Below are positions 28,600 through 37,608 of a stretch of DNA of 64,000 nt, in pieces. Made by a program: the position numbers and the translations under genes. Each line of letters opens with the position of its first letter. Position 1 is the first letter of the stretch. The notes below the pieces were generated by a model. The model was not told the DNA's origin and made no database searches. It saw only the letters and a program-made list of their open reading frames with translations. This DNA comes from Candidatus Saccharicenans sp. GTDB lineage: Bacteria > Acidobacteriota > Aminicenantia > Aminicenantales > Saccharicenantaceae. Where the stretch lies: positions 1,079,845 to 1,143,844 of the forward strand of contig JASEIU010000001.1 of NCBI GenBank assembly GCA_030017715.1, given 5' to 3'.

Positions 28600-29661
28600 T
28601 CAGGGCAGCAACCACTCGGAAAAGGCAAACAGGGCCGGCGTACCGCCGGTATGAAGAAAGACCACCCTGTCTGAAGGCTGAAAAAATTTCTTCCGGGCCA
28701 GATCCAGCAGGCCGATCATGGCTTTGGCGGTATAAACAGGGTCCAGAACCAGACCTTCTTTCTGCAGAACCATTCTTATTATGGTCGCGATTTCAGCTGA
28801 GACCCGACCATAGCCCTCTCCCAGGTAATCATCAAATAAAATTATGTCCCGGTCATCGAGATTTATTTTTAGCCCCAGAGCTTCTACCAGTTCCAGGGCG
28901 ATTTTTCTGACCCTGGGCAGAAATTCATCCTTTCTATCCGAAACGCAGATGCCGACTACCCTGGTGTTGAGCCCCAGGGCCCTGGCTCCGACTATCAACC
29001 CGGCCTGAGTGGCACCGGAACCCGTGGCCACGACCACATGGTCTGGAGGTTTAGAATCGGGCATCTGTCCGGACAGCTCTATCATGTTCAGCATATAAGC
29101 CAGGGCTCCCAGGGGTTTATCCATGCTTCCCCCGGTCATCGAGCCTCCGACCGACACCAGGTATGGTCTGTGCCCCTTTTTCATTTCTTCCCGGGCCACC
29201 TCAGCCAGAAATCTGAAGGCCTGATCCTGGTCGGGAGATTTTCCCCCGACTTCGGTCTCAGCTATCCTGATATCGGCTTCCAGCAATTTTTCAATTAATA
29301 GATTGCCCTGGTCGAGAGACGACAGTTGATAAGTCTTGAAGAGAACCAGGACCGGCTTCAGTCCGCACTTCCGGGCGGCCGCGGCGGTTTGCAGACACCA
29401 GTTTGATTGCAGGCTGCCCCAGGTAATGACGGTGTCGGCTTCCTGGCTGAGAGCGTCAGCCAGAATGAATTCCAGCTTGCGAGACTTGTTTCCCCCGAAA
29501 GCCAGCCCGGTCAGGTCATCCCGCTTGATGAGCAATTCTTGCAGGCCGAACTCTCCGGGCAGGTTCTTCAAACGATAAAGAGGCGTCGGCAGGCTGGTCA
29601 GTCTTACCCTTGGCCACCGGGCAATCATTTCTTCCAGCTGAACCGATGTGTAAACAGTCAT
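28600..29661 (-). CDS. D-cysteine desulfhydrase/ACC deaminase family PLP enzyme
   Basis: LPTPL, IKRDDLTGLAFGGNKSRKLE, GSGATQAGL, LDPVYTAK, FLHTGG. Confidence 0.9.
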   Translation of the reverse strand: MTVYTSVQLEEMIARWPRVRLTSLPTPLYRLKNLPGEFGLQELLIKRDDLTGLAFGGNKSRKLEFILADALSQEADTVITWGSLQSNWCLQTAAAARKCGLKPVLVLFKTYQLSSLDQGNLLIEKLLEADIRIAETEVGGKSPDQDQAFRFLAEVAREEMKKGHRPYLVSVGGSMTGGSMDKPLGALAYMLNMIELSGQMPDSKPPDHVVVATGSGATQAGLIVGARALGLNTRVVGICVSDRKDEFLPRVRKIALELVEALGLKINLDDRDIILFDDYLGEGYGRVSAEIATIIRMVLQKEGLVLDPVYTAKAMIGLLDLARKKFFQPSDRVVFLHTGGTPALFAFSEWLLP

Positions 29662-29763
29662 CAGCTCCTCCTGCCGTCAAATAAAACGGCCCCAGCCTCA
29701 ACCAGAAGCCGGAGCTCCGCTTGGCCGGACCGCTCTCGCTCGACTATTGATCAAAGCCTCCGT

Positions 29764-32493
29764 TCAATTCCATAAATCCGGAATAATTTTTATCTGTCCA
29801 GAAACCTGTCGCCCCCCGGCCTCGACCACCACCCGGTACTCCCCTTCCCGGACCGGGGTGTAAACATAGACCGGGTCGAGCTGAGGCTGGTAACCGGCCG
29901 AAGCCATCCTGGCCAGCATCTGCTGAGCCTGCTTTTTTTCTTCCGGGGTTCTTTCCCGGCGGGCGGTCAGGTTCCATAGAACCTGATTAAGGCCGGGCCT
30001 GGCCGGGCCCTTGAGCTCATTGATCAGCATCTGCCCCTGATAAATTTTGACCTTGACCTCGCCGCCCGGATCAGATTTCAGATAATAATTGATGACGGCC
30101 GCTTCCGGTTCGCTCTGGCCGGAGTAATTAAGAGAGCTGGAGTGGCCCATATCCTTATCCACCCACCTGATTTTCGGTTCCGGAGTGAACAGATGAAGGT
30201 CGCGGCTTAGAACCTCAGGAGTCATTTCCTGGAGCCAGGAAATATCGACAATGAAGATCCCCCGACCATGGGTAGCCACTACCAGGTCGTTTTCCCTCTG
30301 GTGAATTATAAGGTCGTGGACAGGCTGGGTCGGCATATTTCCTCTAAGCCTGGACCAATTTTTCCCCCCGTCCAGTGTGACAAACACCCCGAAATCGGTC
30401 CCGGCCAACAGCAGGTCCGGATTCTTATGGTCTTCCCGGATGACATTGACCGGGCCTTCCGGCAGGTTGCCCGAAATGGAGGTCCAGGTCTGTCCGAAAT
30501 CCTCTGTCTTGAAAATGAAGGGCCGGAAATCGTCGTGTCTGAAACCGGTAACCGTCAGGTAAGCCACCGCCGGGCTGAAATTGGAGGCTACCACCCGGCT
30601 TATCCAGTAGCCTGGATGGCCTTTAATCTTTTCAGTTAATCTTTCCCAGTTCTGGCCGCCATTTCTGGTCACCCAGACCTGACCGTCATCGGTTCCGACC
30701 CAGATCAGGCCTTCAACCAGAGGCGATTCATCGATGGTGGTTATGGTGCAATACTGGATGTTGCCGTCCCCTCCTTTACCCTGGGGGAGTTTCTTCCGGT
30801 CATTCGTCGTCAGGTCGGGACTGATTTCAACCCAGTATTCCCCGCGGTAGGGAGACTTGAGCAGAATGTTGGCCCCGTGATAGATGACGTCGCTGTTATG
30901 CCTGGAAACCATAATGGGCGCACACCAGTTCCAGCGCAGGTCTTCCCTCTGGTATCTGATTCCCTTTCTTTCACCGGTCTGGAGGTCAACCCTCTGGATA
31001 GCTCCAAACTGGGATTCGTTGTAAAGATAACGGTTGGTCTTCCAGTCAAAAACGTTATACATGCCGTCTCCGCCGCCCACAGTCGACCAGTGTTCCAGGC
31101 GAATCGGTTTCCCTCCCGGTCTGGTGCTCGGTCCAAGATGGGAACCGTTGTCCTGAGTTCCGCCGGCTACCCGGTAAGGATAGGAATTGTCAACCCCGGC
31201 TGCGTAGAATTGGGCCAGCGGCAGAAAATCGGGATGGTACCAGGTTTTTCCCCCATCATAAGTCACGCCCATCCCGTGATCATACCCCAGCAGCATGTGG
31301 TTGGAGTTTTCGGGATTTATCCACAGAGCATGGTTATCGCCCCCAAAATTAAAAACCCGTCGGTTCCAGGTCTTTCCGGCATCCCTGGTTCCCAGGACAC
31401 TCACGCTAAGAACATAGACAACTCTATCGTCGTTGGGGTCGACTATAATCTGGCCGTAATAGTAGCCCGGGGCTCCCCCGATGCTCTGGCCATCCGGACT
31501 GACTTTTCTCCAGCTCTGGCCGCCGTCATCGGATCTGTATATTTCTCCGTCAATCATGCCGGCGCTGGGCAACCCGGCGACAATTTCCCGGTATCTGTCT
31601 TCGGGACTCATTCCGGGCTTGTTAGCGTTCTCTATACAGGCGTAAACGATTTTCGGATTCCTCAGGTAGACGGCCAGGCCAATTCTGCCCAGAATTCCGC
31701 CCGGCAGGCCGTTTTCCAGCTTTTTCCAGGTTTTTCCGCCATCGGTGGTCTTGTAAATGCCGCTGCCAGGTCCGCCCAGTTGATAATTCCAGGGCTGGCG
31801 CAAACGGTCATAGGCTGCTGCGTACAGGGTGTCGGGATTTTCAGGGTCAATGGCTACATCGACCACGCCCACAACCCGGTTCTCAACCCTGACCTCCAGG
31901 ACCTTTTGCCAGGTCTGTCCGCCGTCGGTCGTTTTATAAAGTCCCCTCTCTTCGTTCTCTGAATAAAGATGCCCCAGAGCGGCCACATAGACCACGTCCG
32001 GATTTACCGGGTTGATCACGATTCGACCGATGTGGTGAGAATCTTTGAGCCCCATATTCTTCCAGGTTTGGCCGCCGTCTGTGCTTTTGTATACTCCGTC
32101 TCCCCAGTAGGTTGACCTGGAATTGTTGGCTTCGCCGGTTCCCACCCAGATAACCTCCGGGTTGGAAGGGGCAACTTCTATATCGCCTATCGAAAAAACT
32201 TTTTCCTGGTCAAAAATCGGCTCGAAGGTAATTCCGTTGTTGATGGTTTTCCAGAGACCGCCGGAGGCAGTGGCGGCATAGAAGGTGAATGGTTTTTGCC
32301 TGGGGACGGCAAAGTCCACAAAACGCCCGCTCTGTCTGGTCGGGCCTATAGCCCGGTAATTTATCCTCTGAAAAAAACTGTCGGCCAGATTGACAACCGC
32401 CGGCGATTTTTCTTTTTTAGGTTGAGCGGCCGCGGTCATTATTCCGGCTGACAGAATGGCTACCAGCATCAAGGCCAGAACTTTCTTGGTCAT
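29764..32493 (-). CDS. Secreted VPS10/sortilin-like BNR (Asp-box) beta-propeller protein
   Basis: Signal peptide, many S/TxDGGxTW Asp-boxes, GTQDNG, ATHGRGI. SD GAGGGAG precedes ATG 32493. Confidence 0.85.
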   Translation of the reverse strand: MTKKVLALMLVAILSAGIMTAAAQPKKEKSPAVVNLADSFFQRINYRAIGPTRQSGRFVDFAVPRQKPFTFYAATASGGLWKTINNGITFEPIFDQEKVFSIGDIEVAPSNPEVIWVGTGEANNSRSTYWGDGVYKSTDGGQTWKNMGLKDSHHIGRIVINPVNPDVVYVAALGHLYSENEERGLYKTTDGGQTWQKVLEVRVENRVVGVVDVAIDPENPDTLYAAAYDRLRQPWNYQLGGPGSGIYKTTDGGKTWKKLENGLPGGILGRIGLAVYLRNPKIVYACIENANKPGMSPEDRYREIVAGLPSAGMIDGEIYRSDDGGQSWRKVSPDGQSIGGAPGYYYGQIIVDPNDDRVVYVLSVSVLGTRDAGKTWNRRVFNFGGDNHALWINPENSNHMLLGYDHGMGVTYDGGKTWYHPDFLPLAQFYAAGVDNSYPYRVAGGTQDNGSHLGPSTRPGGKPIRLEHWSTVGGGDGMYNVFDWKTNRYLYNESQFGAIQRVDLQTGERKGIRYQREDLRWNWCAPIMVSRHNSDVIYHGANILLKSPYRGEYWVEISPDLTTNDRKKLPQGKGGDGNIQYCTITTIDESPLVEGLIWVGTDDGQVWVTRNGGQNWERLTEKIKGHPGYWISRVVASNFSPAVAYLTVTGFRHDDFRPFIFKTEDFGQTWTSISGNLPEGPVNVIREDHKNPDLLLAGTDFGVFVTLDGGKNWSRLRGNMPTQPVHDLIIHQRENDLVVATHGRGIFIVDISWLQEMTPEVLSRDLHLFTPEPKIRWVDKDMGHSSSLNYSGQSEPEAAVINYYLKSDPGGEVKVKIYQGQMLINELKGPARPGLNQVLWNLTARRERTPEEKKQAQQMLARMASAGYQPQLDPVYVYTPVREGEYRVVVEAGGRQVSGQIKIIPDLWN

Positions 32494-32540
32494 CGATGAT
32501 CTCCCTCTCATATAATTTTTAATTAAAGCCACAGACTGAA

Positions 32541-34145
32541 TCAGGCTTCCTCCACTACCGAATAATCCAGAATTGAAGCCAGTTCATAAGCGGCTTTTTT
32601 GAGGTCTCCATAAAAAGTTACCCGGTGCCAGCCCCACCGGTCCCACATGGTAAACAGCTTTTCGTAATCGCCCAGCGGCTCGGCCACCAGTTTGGTCCGG
32701 CAGGCCCGGTCATCAAAAGAATTGCCGACAGCTTTAGCCTGGTGCAGCAGAATGGCCTTCTGGCTCTGGTCGATTTCCAGGCTGGTAGTCAGGTAGCCGG
32801 CTGGCAGGAGTGAGCGTACCGAAGCTCCCTGACGGTCTTCGGAATGCGTCAGGATCTCGTAAGGATTGACCTGTCCAGCCGGGCCGAAAACCCGGTTGGA
32901 AGCTACACAATGAGCATATATAATTTGACGGCCGGCCATGTCCAGCACGGGGTCAGAAATATAGCCCGGGCGGCCTTCGGTCATCAAACCTAAGGCCACC
33001 ATAGTGGCCGTTGACCTGAGGTCGGCCTCACAGGCTCCGACCAATCCCTGGTTGTTGAGCTCAAAAAAGCCCAGACAGGGATAGGCGTGGATATGACCGC
33101 CGTAAAATCCCCCCAGGCAATTTATGGTAATAGCCCTGGCCTGGTGCTGCCGCAGAAGTTGCTTCATTCCCAGGTACATGGCCGCCGAATTAACCAGCTC
33201 TGAAAACCTGACATTCTGAACGAGAGCTGCCCGCCGCCACCAGCCCCGGGCCACGGTTGCGGCTTCTTCTCGGTCGGCCTTTTCCCAGGCCGAGTTCAAT
33301 TCTGAAAATGGAAGGTTGACCACCGGAATGCCCGCCATTTCCAGATTTTCCCCGCCCCTCGGGTCACGGAAAAGAAGAATTGGAGAATGTTTCATCCGGT
33401 AAGCAGTTTCTTCCGGGGAGATAATTTTCAGGGGGTCGGGATAACAGGTTAGATAACCCGGAGCTGGAGTCAGGTCTTTCCTGATTTCTGTGATTATTTC
33501 AGAAAAATTGCTTGCTTCCCCGGTTGCCTGAACCGTCTTAAAAGCTCTGACCGCGGCTACCAGGTGTTCAGGGTTGGAAGAACAAATGAAACCAAAATTT
33601 TTCCTGTTCTGGCGGATCTGCTCTGCCGTATAAACCAGAAAGCCGCCGCTCCCCCCGTACTGAAAATCGACGTACAGCACCGGCTTGCCGGTTTCGACCG
33701 CCGCCGGCATGATCCGGTTCCAGCAGTTTAACTGAAAGACCAGGTAGCCGTCGATCCAGTTATCCCGATCAGCAGCCAGAATGGCGGTCGCTTCTTCCGG
33801 GCCGCTGACTGTTGAGACCAGAAAAGAGAATTCGGGCAAGCGTTTTTCCAGAATCGTCAGGTAATTCTCCATGACCGGCCTGAAATCAAAACCGAGATTC
33901 GGCCAATCCGGACGGTCCTGGACCGGACGATGCAGGGAGAAAAGAAGCCGCAGCCTGACTGATTTCTTAACCGGCAAAGAAGACAGGTCGAGCAGGGCCA
34001 CATTCTGAGCTGTCCCGGATCTTGAGCTGGAATAACAAAAGCCTGCGGCCAGCAAGGCACAGCGTCCGCAGGCACTGAAAAACTCTCTCCTTCTCATTAA
34101 AGTGCGGTTAGAAATAGATTCTCTGTCGGGTTTCTTTCGGCTCAT
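32541..34145 (-). CDS. Tat-exported protein with an L-fucose/L-arabinose isomerase-like C-terminal region
   Basis: RRREFF twin-arginine signal; AITINC..PCLG..GACEADL, ISDP, YAHC, CRTK, GWHRV. Confidence 0.65.
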   Translation of the reverse strand: MSRKKPDRESISNRTLMRRREFFSACGRCALLAAGFCYSSSRSGTAQNVALLDLSSLPVKKSVRLRLLFSLHRPVQDRPDWPNLGFDFRPVMENYLTILEKRLPEFSFLVSTVSGPEEATAILAADRDNWIDGYLVFQLNCWNRIMPAAVETGKPVLYVDFQYGGSGGFLVYTAEQIRQNRKNFGFICSSNPEHLVAAVRAFKTVQATGEASNFSEIITEIRKDLTPAPGYLTCYPDPLKIISPEETAYRMKHSPILLFRDPRGGENLEMAGIPVVNLPFSELNSAWEKADREEAATVARGWWRRAALVQNVRFSELVNSAAMYLGMKQLLRQHQARAITINCLGGFYGGHIHAYPCLGFFELNNQGLVGACEADLRSTATMVALGLMTEGRPGYISDPVLDMAGRQIIYAHCVASNRVFGPAGQVNPYEILTHSEDRQGASVRSLLPAGYLTTSLEIDQSQKAILLHQAKAVGNSFDDRACRTKLVAEPLGDYEKLFTMWDRWGWHRVTFYGDLKKAAYELASILDYSVVEEA

Positions 34146-34316
34146 CAAATTATCCTTTCCCGGTCTCCAAATTTAACGTTATTCATTAATTATCATCTGT
34201 TAAATTAGCCCGAGCCATAAGATGACAATACTTTCAGTCAGGAGTTAATGTCAAGATAAAAATGCGCCCAAAATGACATTTTTGGGTAGCAATTGACTCA
34301 AATCCGACTAAAAATA

Positions 34317-34345
34317 TTGACAGATCGGCAATTAGGGCTTAATAT
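34317..34345 (+). promoter_or_regulatory. Sigma70 promoter
   Basis: TTGACA, 17-nt spacer, TAATAT upstream of the Omp85-family gene. Confidence 0.6.
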
Positions 34346-34354
34346 TTGGTGAAT

Positions 34355-35524
34355 ATGCGTTTGTTGGCTGAAAACAAAAGAATTGTGAATGCTTCTGCAG
34401 CCCGGCTGTTTTTTTTCTGTCTGATTCTATTCAGCCTCGTGGTTTCTCTTTTTCCTCAGCAGGCGGCTGCGACAAAAGACGGCCAGCAGATCGTTATCAG
34501 CGAACAGTCAGAGCCTGACCGGATGGGGCTGACACTTTTGCCCATAATTTATTATACCCCCGAAACCAAGATAGCCTTCGGCCTGGGCAGCCTGATTACC
34601 TACCGTTTTGGCTTGATCTTCAAAACAGCCCGTCCCAGCACCCTGTTTATCGGGGCTATCTACACCCAGCTCAAGCAATTTACTTTTCAGATTAAGCCGG
34701 AAATTTATCTTAATGATAATTCTTTTTTTCTGGCGGGCAACTTCATGGCCGAGCGCTTCCCGACCAAACTCTGGGGAATAGGTGCCGATACTGCTGACGA
34801 CATGGAAGAAGTTTATACTCCTCAGAGGTTTCTGATGGAACTGGGGCTGCAAAAGAAACTCAGCCAAAACTTTCCCCTTTATCTCGGTCTTAAATACCGC
34901 CTGGAAAACACCAAAATAGTCGAGACCGAACCCGGAAAACTGATCGACCAGGGCCTGGTTTCCGGGAGCCGGGGCGGATTATTGTCCGGTCCGGGACTGG
35001 TGGCCAGCTACGATAACCGCGATAATATTTTTTATCCAAATAACGGTCTTTATTTCCAGGGCACGATGAACTGGAATGACCATTTTTTCGGCAGCGATTA
35101 TGATTTCTTAAGCTTCCAGCTGGACCTGCGCAGCTATCATCAGGTCGGCGAAGATCAGATCCTGGCCCTTCAAGCTCTGGCTGAAACCAGCACCGGCGAT
35201 GTCCCCTTCTACCGGCTGCCGCGCCTGGGGGGAGATTCTCTGCTGCGGGGTTTTTATAACGGCCGGTTCAGGGATATGAACCTGGTGGCCTTTCAAGCCG
35301 AGTATCGCTTCCCGGTCTGGAAAAGGCTGGGAGCAGTCGTTTTCGGGGCCATGGGCAGCCTGGCTCAACGCTTCCGGGAAATATCTTTTGATAATTTAAA
35401 ATATGCGGCCGGCATCGGGCTGCGGTTCAAGATTATACCTAAGGAAAATGCCAACCTCCGGGTGGACCTGGCTTTTGGGCCGGGAACTTACGGAATTTAT
35501 TTTAAGGCCGGCGAATCATTCTGA
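34355..35524 (+). CDS. BamA/TamA (Omp85) family outer-membrane beta-barrel without POTRA domains
   Basis: Signal peptide, YDNRDNIFYP, LGGDSLLRGF..GRF, GIGLRF, terminal GESF. Confidence 0.82.
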   Translation: MRLLAENKRIVNASAARLFFFCLILFSLVVSLFPQQAAATKDGQQIVISEQSEPDRMGLTLLPIIYYTPETKIAFGLGSLITYRFGLIFKTARPSTLFIGAIYTQLKQFTFQIKPEIYLNDNSFFLAGNFMAERFPTKLWGIGADTADDMEEVYTPQRFLMELGLQKKLSQNFPLYLGLKYRLENTKIVETEPGKLIDQGLVSGSRGGLLSGPGLVASYDNRDNIFYPNNGLYFQGTMNWNDHFFGSDYDFLSFQLDLRSYHQVGEDQILALQALAETSTGDVPFYRLPRLGGDSLLRGFYNGRFRDMNLVAFQAEYRFPVWKRLGAVVFGAMGSLAQRFREISFDNLKYAAGIGLRFKIIPKENANLRVDLAFGPGTYGIYFKAGESF

Positions 35525-35590
35525 AGTCTGTTTTACGGCTTAAAGCCTGATCCGATTTACCCTGGAGCTACGATCGCACCAAAACTGATC

Positions 35591-36499
35591 TCAGGCCCCG
35601 GCTCTGGCCGGATATTCCGCTTTTTTCTCCGCCAGACGGAAGCCGTGAGAAATGCAGTTCGTCGGACAGACCTGTTCGCATTTAAGACATCTCAGGCACT
35701 GCGAGCTGTCGGGATTCTTATAAATTTTTATATTCACCGGACAGGCTTTCTGGCAGGCATCGCAGACTATGCATTGCTCCAGGTCCACCGTCATTCTGAA
35801 GGCGCTAACCCGGTTAAAAAATCCCAGGATCGTTCCCAGAGGGCAGACTGTCCGGCAAAAAGGCCTCATCGACAAGGCCATCCAGACCAGAAAAATAATC
35901 AGCAGCGCAAATTTCCAGGCGAACAGGAAACCCAGCTGGCTCCTTATGGCCGGATTCAAGAGGGAGAGTACCACTCCGGCCTCAAGCGTTCCGGCCGGGC
36001 AGACCCACTTGCAGAACCAGGGCCAACCCAGTCCGGAAGCATCCAGCGCCAGCAGCGGCAGCAACAAGACCAGAAAAACAAGAATCGCATATCTCAGGTA
36101 AGTCAGGAAAGCCGGAATTTGAATCTTGGGCAAAGGAAGCTTGTAGATAAGTTCCTGCAGCAAACCAAAAGGACACAGCCAGCCGCAGGGCAGACGACCG
36201 GCCAGCGTTCCCATCAGGCCGAGGCTGCCGATTACGTACAGACCGAGTTTTTTCTGACCGGCCCCCAGGTTGTACCTGAAAGAGTTAAGAGCGTTTTGCA
36301 GGGCGCCGACGGGACAGGCGCCCACGGCTGCCGGGCAAGAATAACAATTCAGGGCCGGCAGACACAGTCCCTTGGTAGGAACCTGGCTAACCCTTCCTTT
36401 GAGAAGAGAAACAACATCCAGATTGAATCCCAGGGCCGCCGCCAGCTGATATATTTTTCTCCTGGTTTCAGTTTTGATTCCCCTGGTTTTCATGGCCAT
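35591..36499 (-). CDS. Membrane 4Fe-4S binding protein (NapH/MauN-like)
   Basis: LNCYSCP..ACPVG, CGWLCPFG, FCKWVCPAG, FCRTVCPLG, two C-terminal ferredoxin motifs. Confidence 0.88.
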   Translation of the reverse strand: MAMKTRGIKTETRRKIYQLAAALGFNLDVVSLLKGRVSQVPTKGLCLPALNCYSCPAAVGACPVGALQNALNSFRYNLGAGQKKLGLYVIGSLGLMGTLAGRLPCGWLCPFGLLQELIYKLPLPKIQIPAFLTYLRYAILVFLVLLLPLLALDASGLGWPWFCKWVCPAGTLEAGVVLSLLNPAIRSQLGFLFAWKFALLIIFLVWMALSMRPFCRTVCPLGTILGFFNRVSAFRMTVDLEQCIVCDACQKACPVNIKIYKNPDSSQCLRCLKCEQVCPTNCISHGFRLAEKKAEYPARAGA

Positions 36500-36504
36500 G
36501 ATTC

Positions 36505-36645
36505 CTAACCGATGCCGATACATTCCAGACAGACGGTGACAGCCTTCTGCCAGACTACCCGAAATTCCCCGCCCAATAATCCCAGGGTTATTAATATCAG
36601 CGACAGAAACAAAAAGCCGAAAAACAATAGTCTTCTTTTATTCAT
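36505..36645 (-). CDS. Small CXXC membrane protein (CD1871A-like), 46 aa, missing from the ORF track
   Basis: MNKRRLLFFGFLFLSLILITLGLLGGEFRVVWQKAVTVCLECIGIG*. Fills the gap between the rhodanese and 4Fe-4S genes with 5-nt spacers on each side. Confidence 0.88.
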   Translation of the reverse strand: MNKRRLLFFGFLFLSLILITLGLLGGEFRVVWQKAVTVCLECIGIG

Positions 36646-36650
36646 CGTCG

Positions 36651-37556
36651 TTAACTCTTGCCGGTTTCAACCGGCAGCTCGTCCCTGTTGCTCCATTCAT
36701 TAAAACTTCCGTCGTAAAGCTGCACTTTCGGATAATGGAGAAGATACTTGAGAGTTAGATAAGTGTGAGAAGCCATCAGACCCTGGCCGCAGGAAACTAT
36801 AATAGTCTTATCCGGAGTAATACCCATTTCTCTTAGATTTTCGGCTATCATCTTGAGGTCTTTCCAGCTCCCGTCTTCCTTCAGAAAAGAAGCCCAGAAA
36901 ATGTTAATCGCGCCCGGGATATGACCGTTTCTTTTCCAGTTGCCGCGTTCTCCCGAAAAAAGCTCGGCCGACCTGACGTCCAGCAAGACCGTATTCCTCG
37001 AGTCCCTGTTCTTGACCTGTTCCAGGCGGGCCCTGACTGATTCGTCGGGATTGACTTTCTGGCCGTAGCCGGTGCGGCTCAGCCCGGGATAGTCACTGGA
37101 GACTGGTCTGTTTTCGTTCTTCCAGCGGTTAAAACCACCGTCAAGAATTGCCCAGCCCGGGTGTCTGATGTAATCAAGGGCCCAGCCCAGATAGGTGGCC
37201 CGATAATTATTTATTTCGGTATAAATGATGATGGTCGTTTTGTGATTTATTCCCATCTCTTCCAGCAATCGGACCAGGACTTCAACCGGAATAAGACGGC
37301 CGGGGACTCCGCTCTGTGGCCAGCGCAGGGCAGTCTCGTCCAGGTAAACAGCCCCCGGTATATGCCCGGACCAGTAATCCCTGATGTCAGCCCTCATGTC
37401 TATGATCCTGAGGCCGGGCAGATTAAGGTTGGCCTGAAGCCAGTCTCCAGAAACTAATCGCCGCTCGGGGGTCTGAGCCTGAAGTCCGGAAAACAGGGCC
37501 AGACTCAGCATGAGCAAGACTGTTCCCCGAATGAAGTTTACTGAGGTCCTTTTCAT
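36651..37556 (-). CDS. Exported tandem-domain sulfurtransferase (rhodanese)
   Basis: Signal peptide (..GLQA/Q), GHIPGA twice, LDGGF, active site CGQGLMA, YDGSFNEW. Confidence 0.9.
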   Translation of the reverse strand: MKRTSVNFIRGTVLLMLSLALFSGLQAQTPERRLVSGDWLQANLNLPGLRIIDMRADIRDYWSGHIPGAVYLDETALRWPQSGVPGRLIPVEVLVRLLEEMGINHKTTIIIYTEINNYRATYLGWALDYIRHPGWAILDGGFNRWKNENRPVSSDYPGLSRTGYGQKVNPDESVRARLEQVKNRDSRNTVLLDVRSAELFSGERGNWKRNGHIPGAINIFWASFLKEDGSWKDLKMIAENLREMGITPDKTIIVSCGQGLMASHTYLTLKYLLHYPKVQLYDGSFNEWSNRDELPVETGKS

Positions 37557-37608
37557 TTTAGCCTTTCCTGTTCATCAAAATTTGTTTATTCAGGCCTTCC
37601 CTTTCCCA

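Noticed and set aside
30877-31962. Long antisense ORFs (361 aa here; also 35645-36508, 57985-58788, 3726-4490)
   Set aside because: They are shadows of well-supported genes on the opposite strand and contain no motifs.
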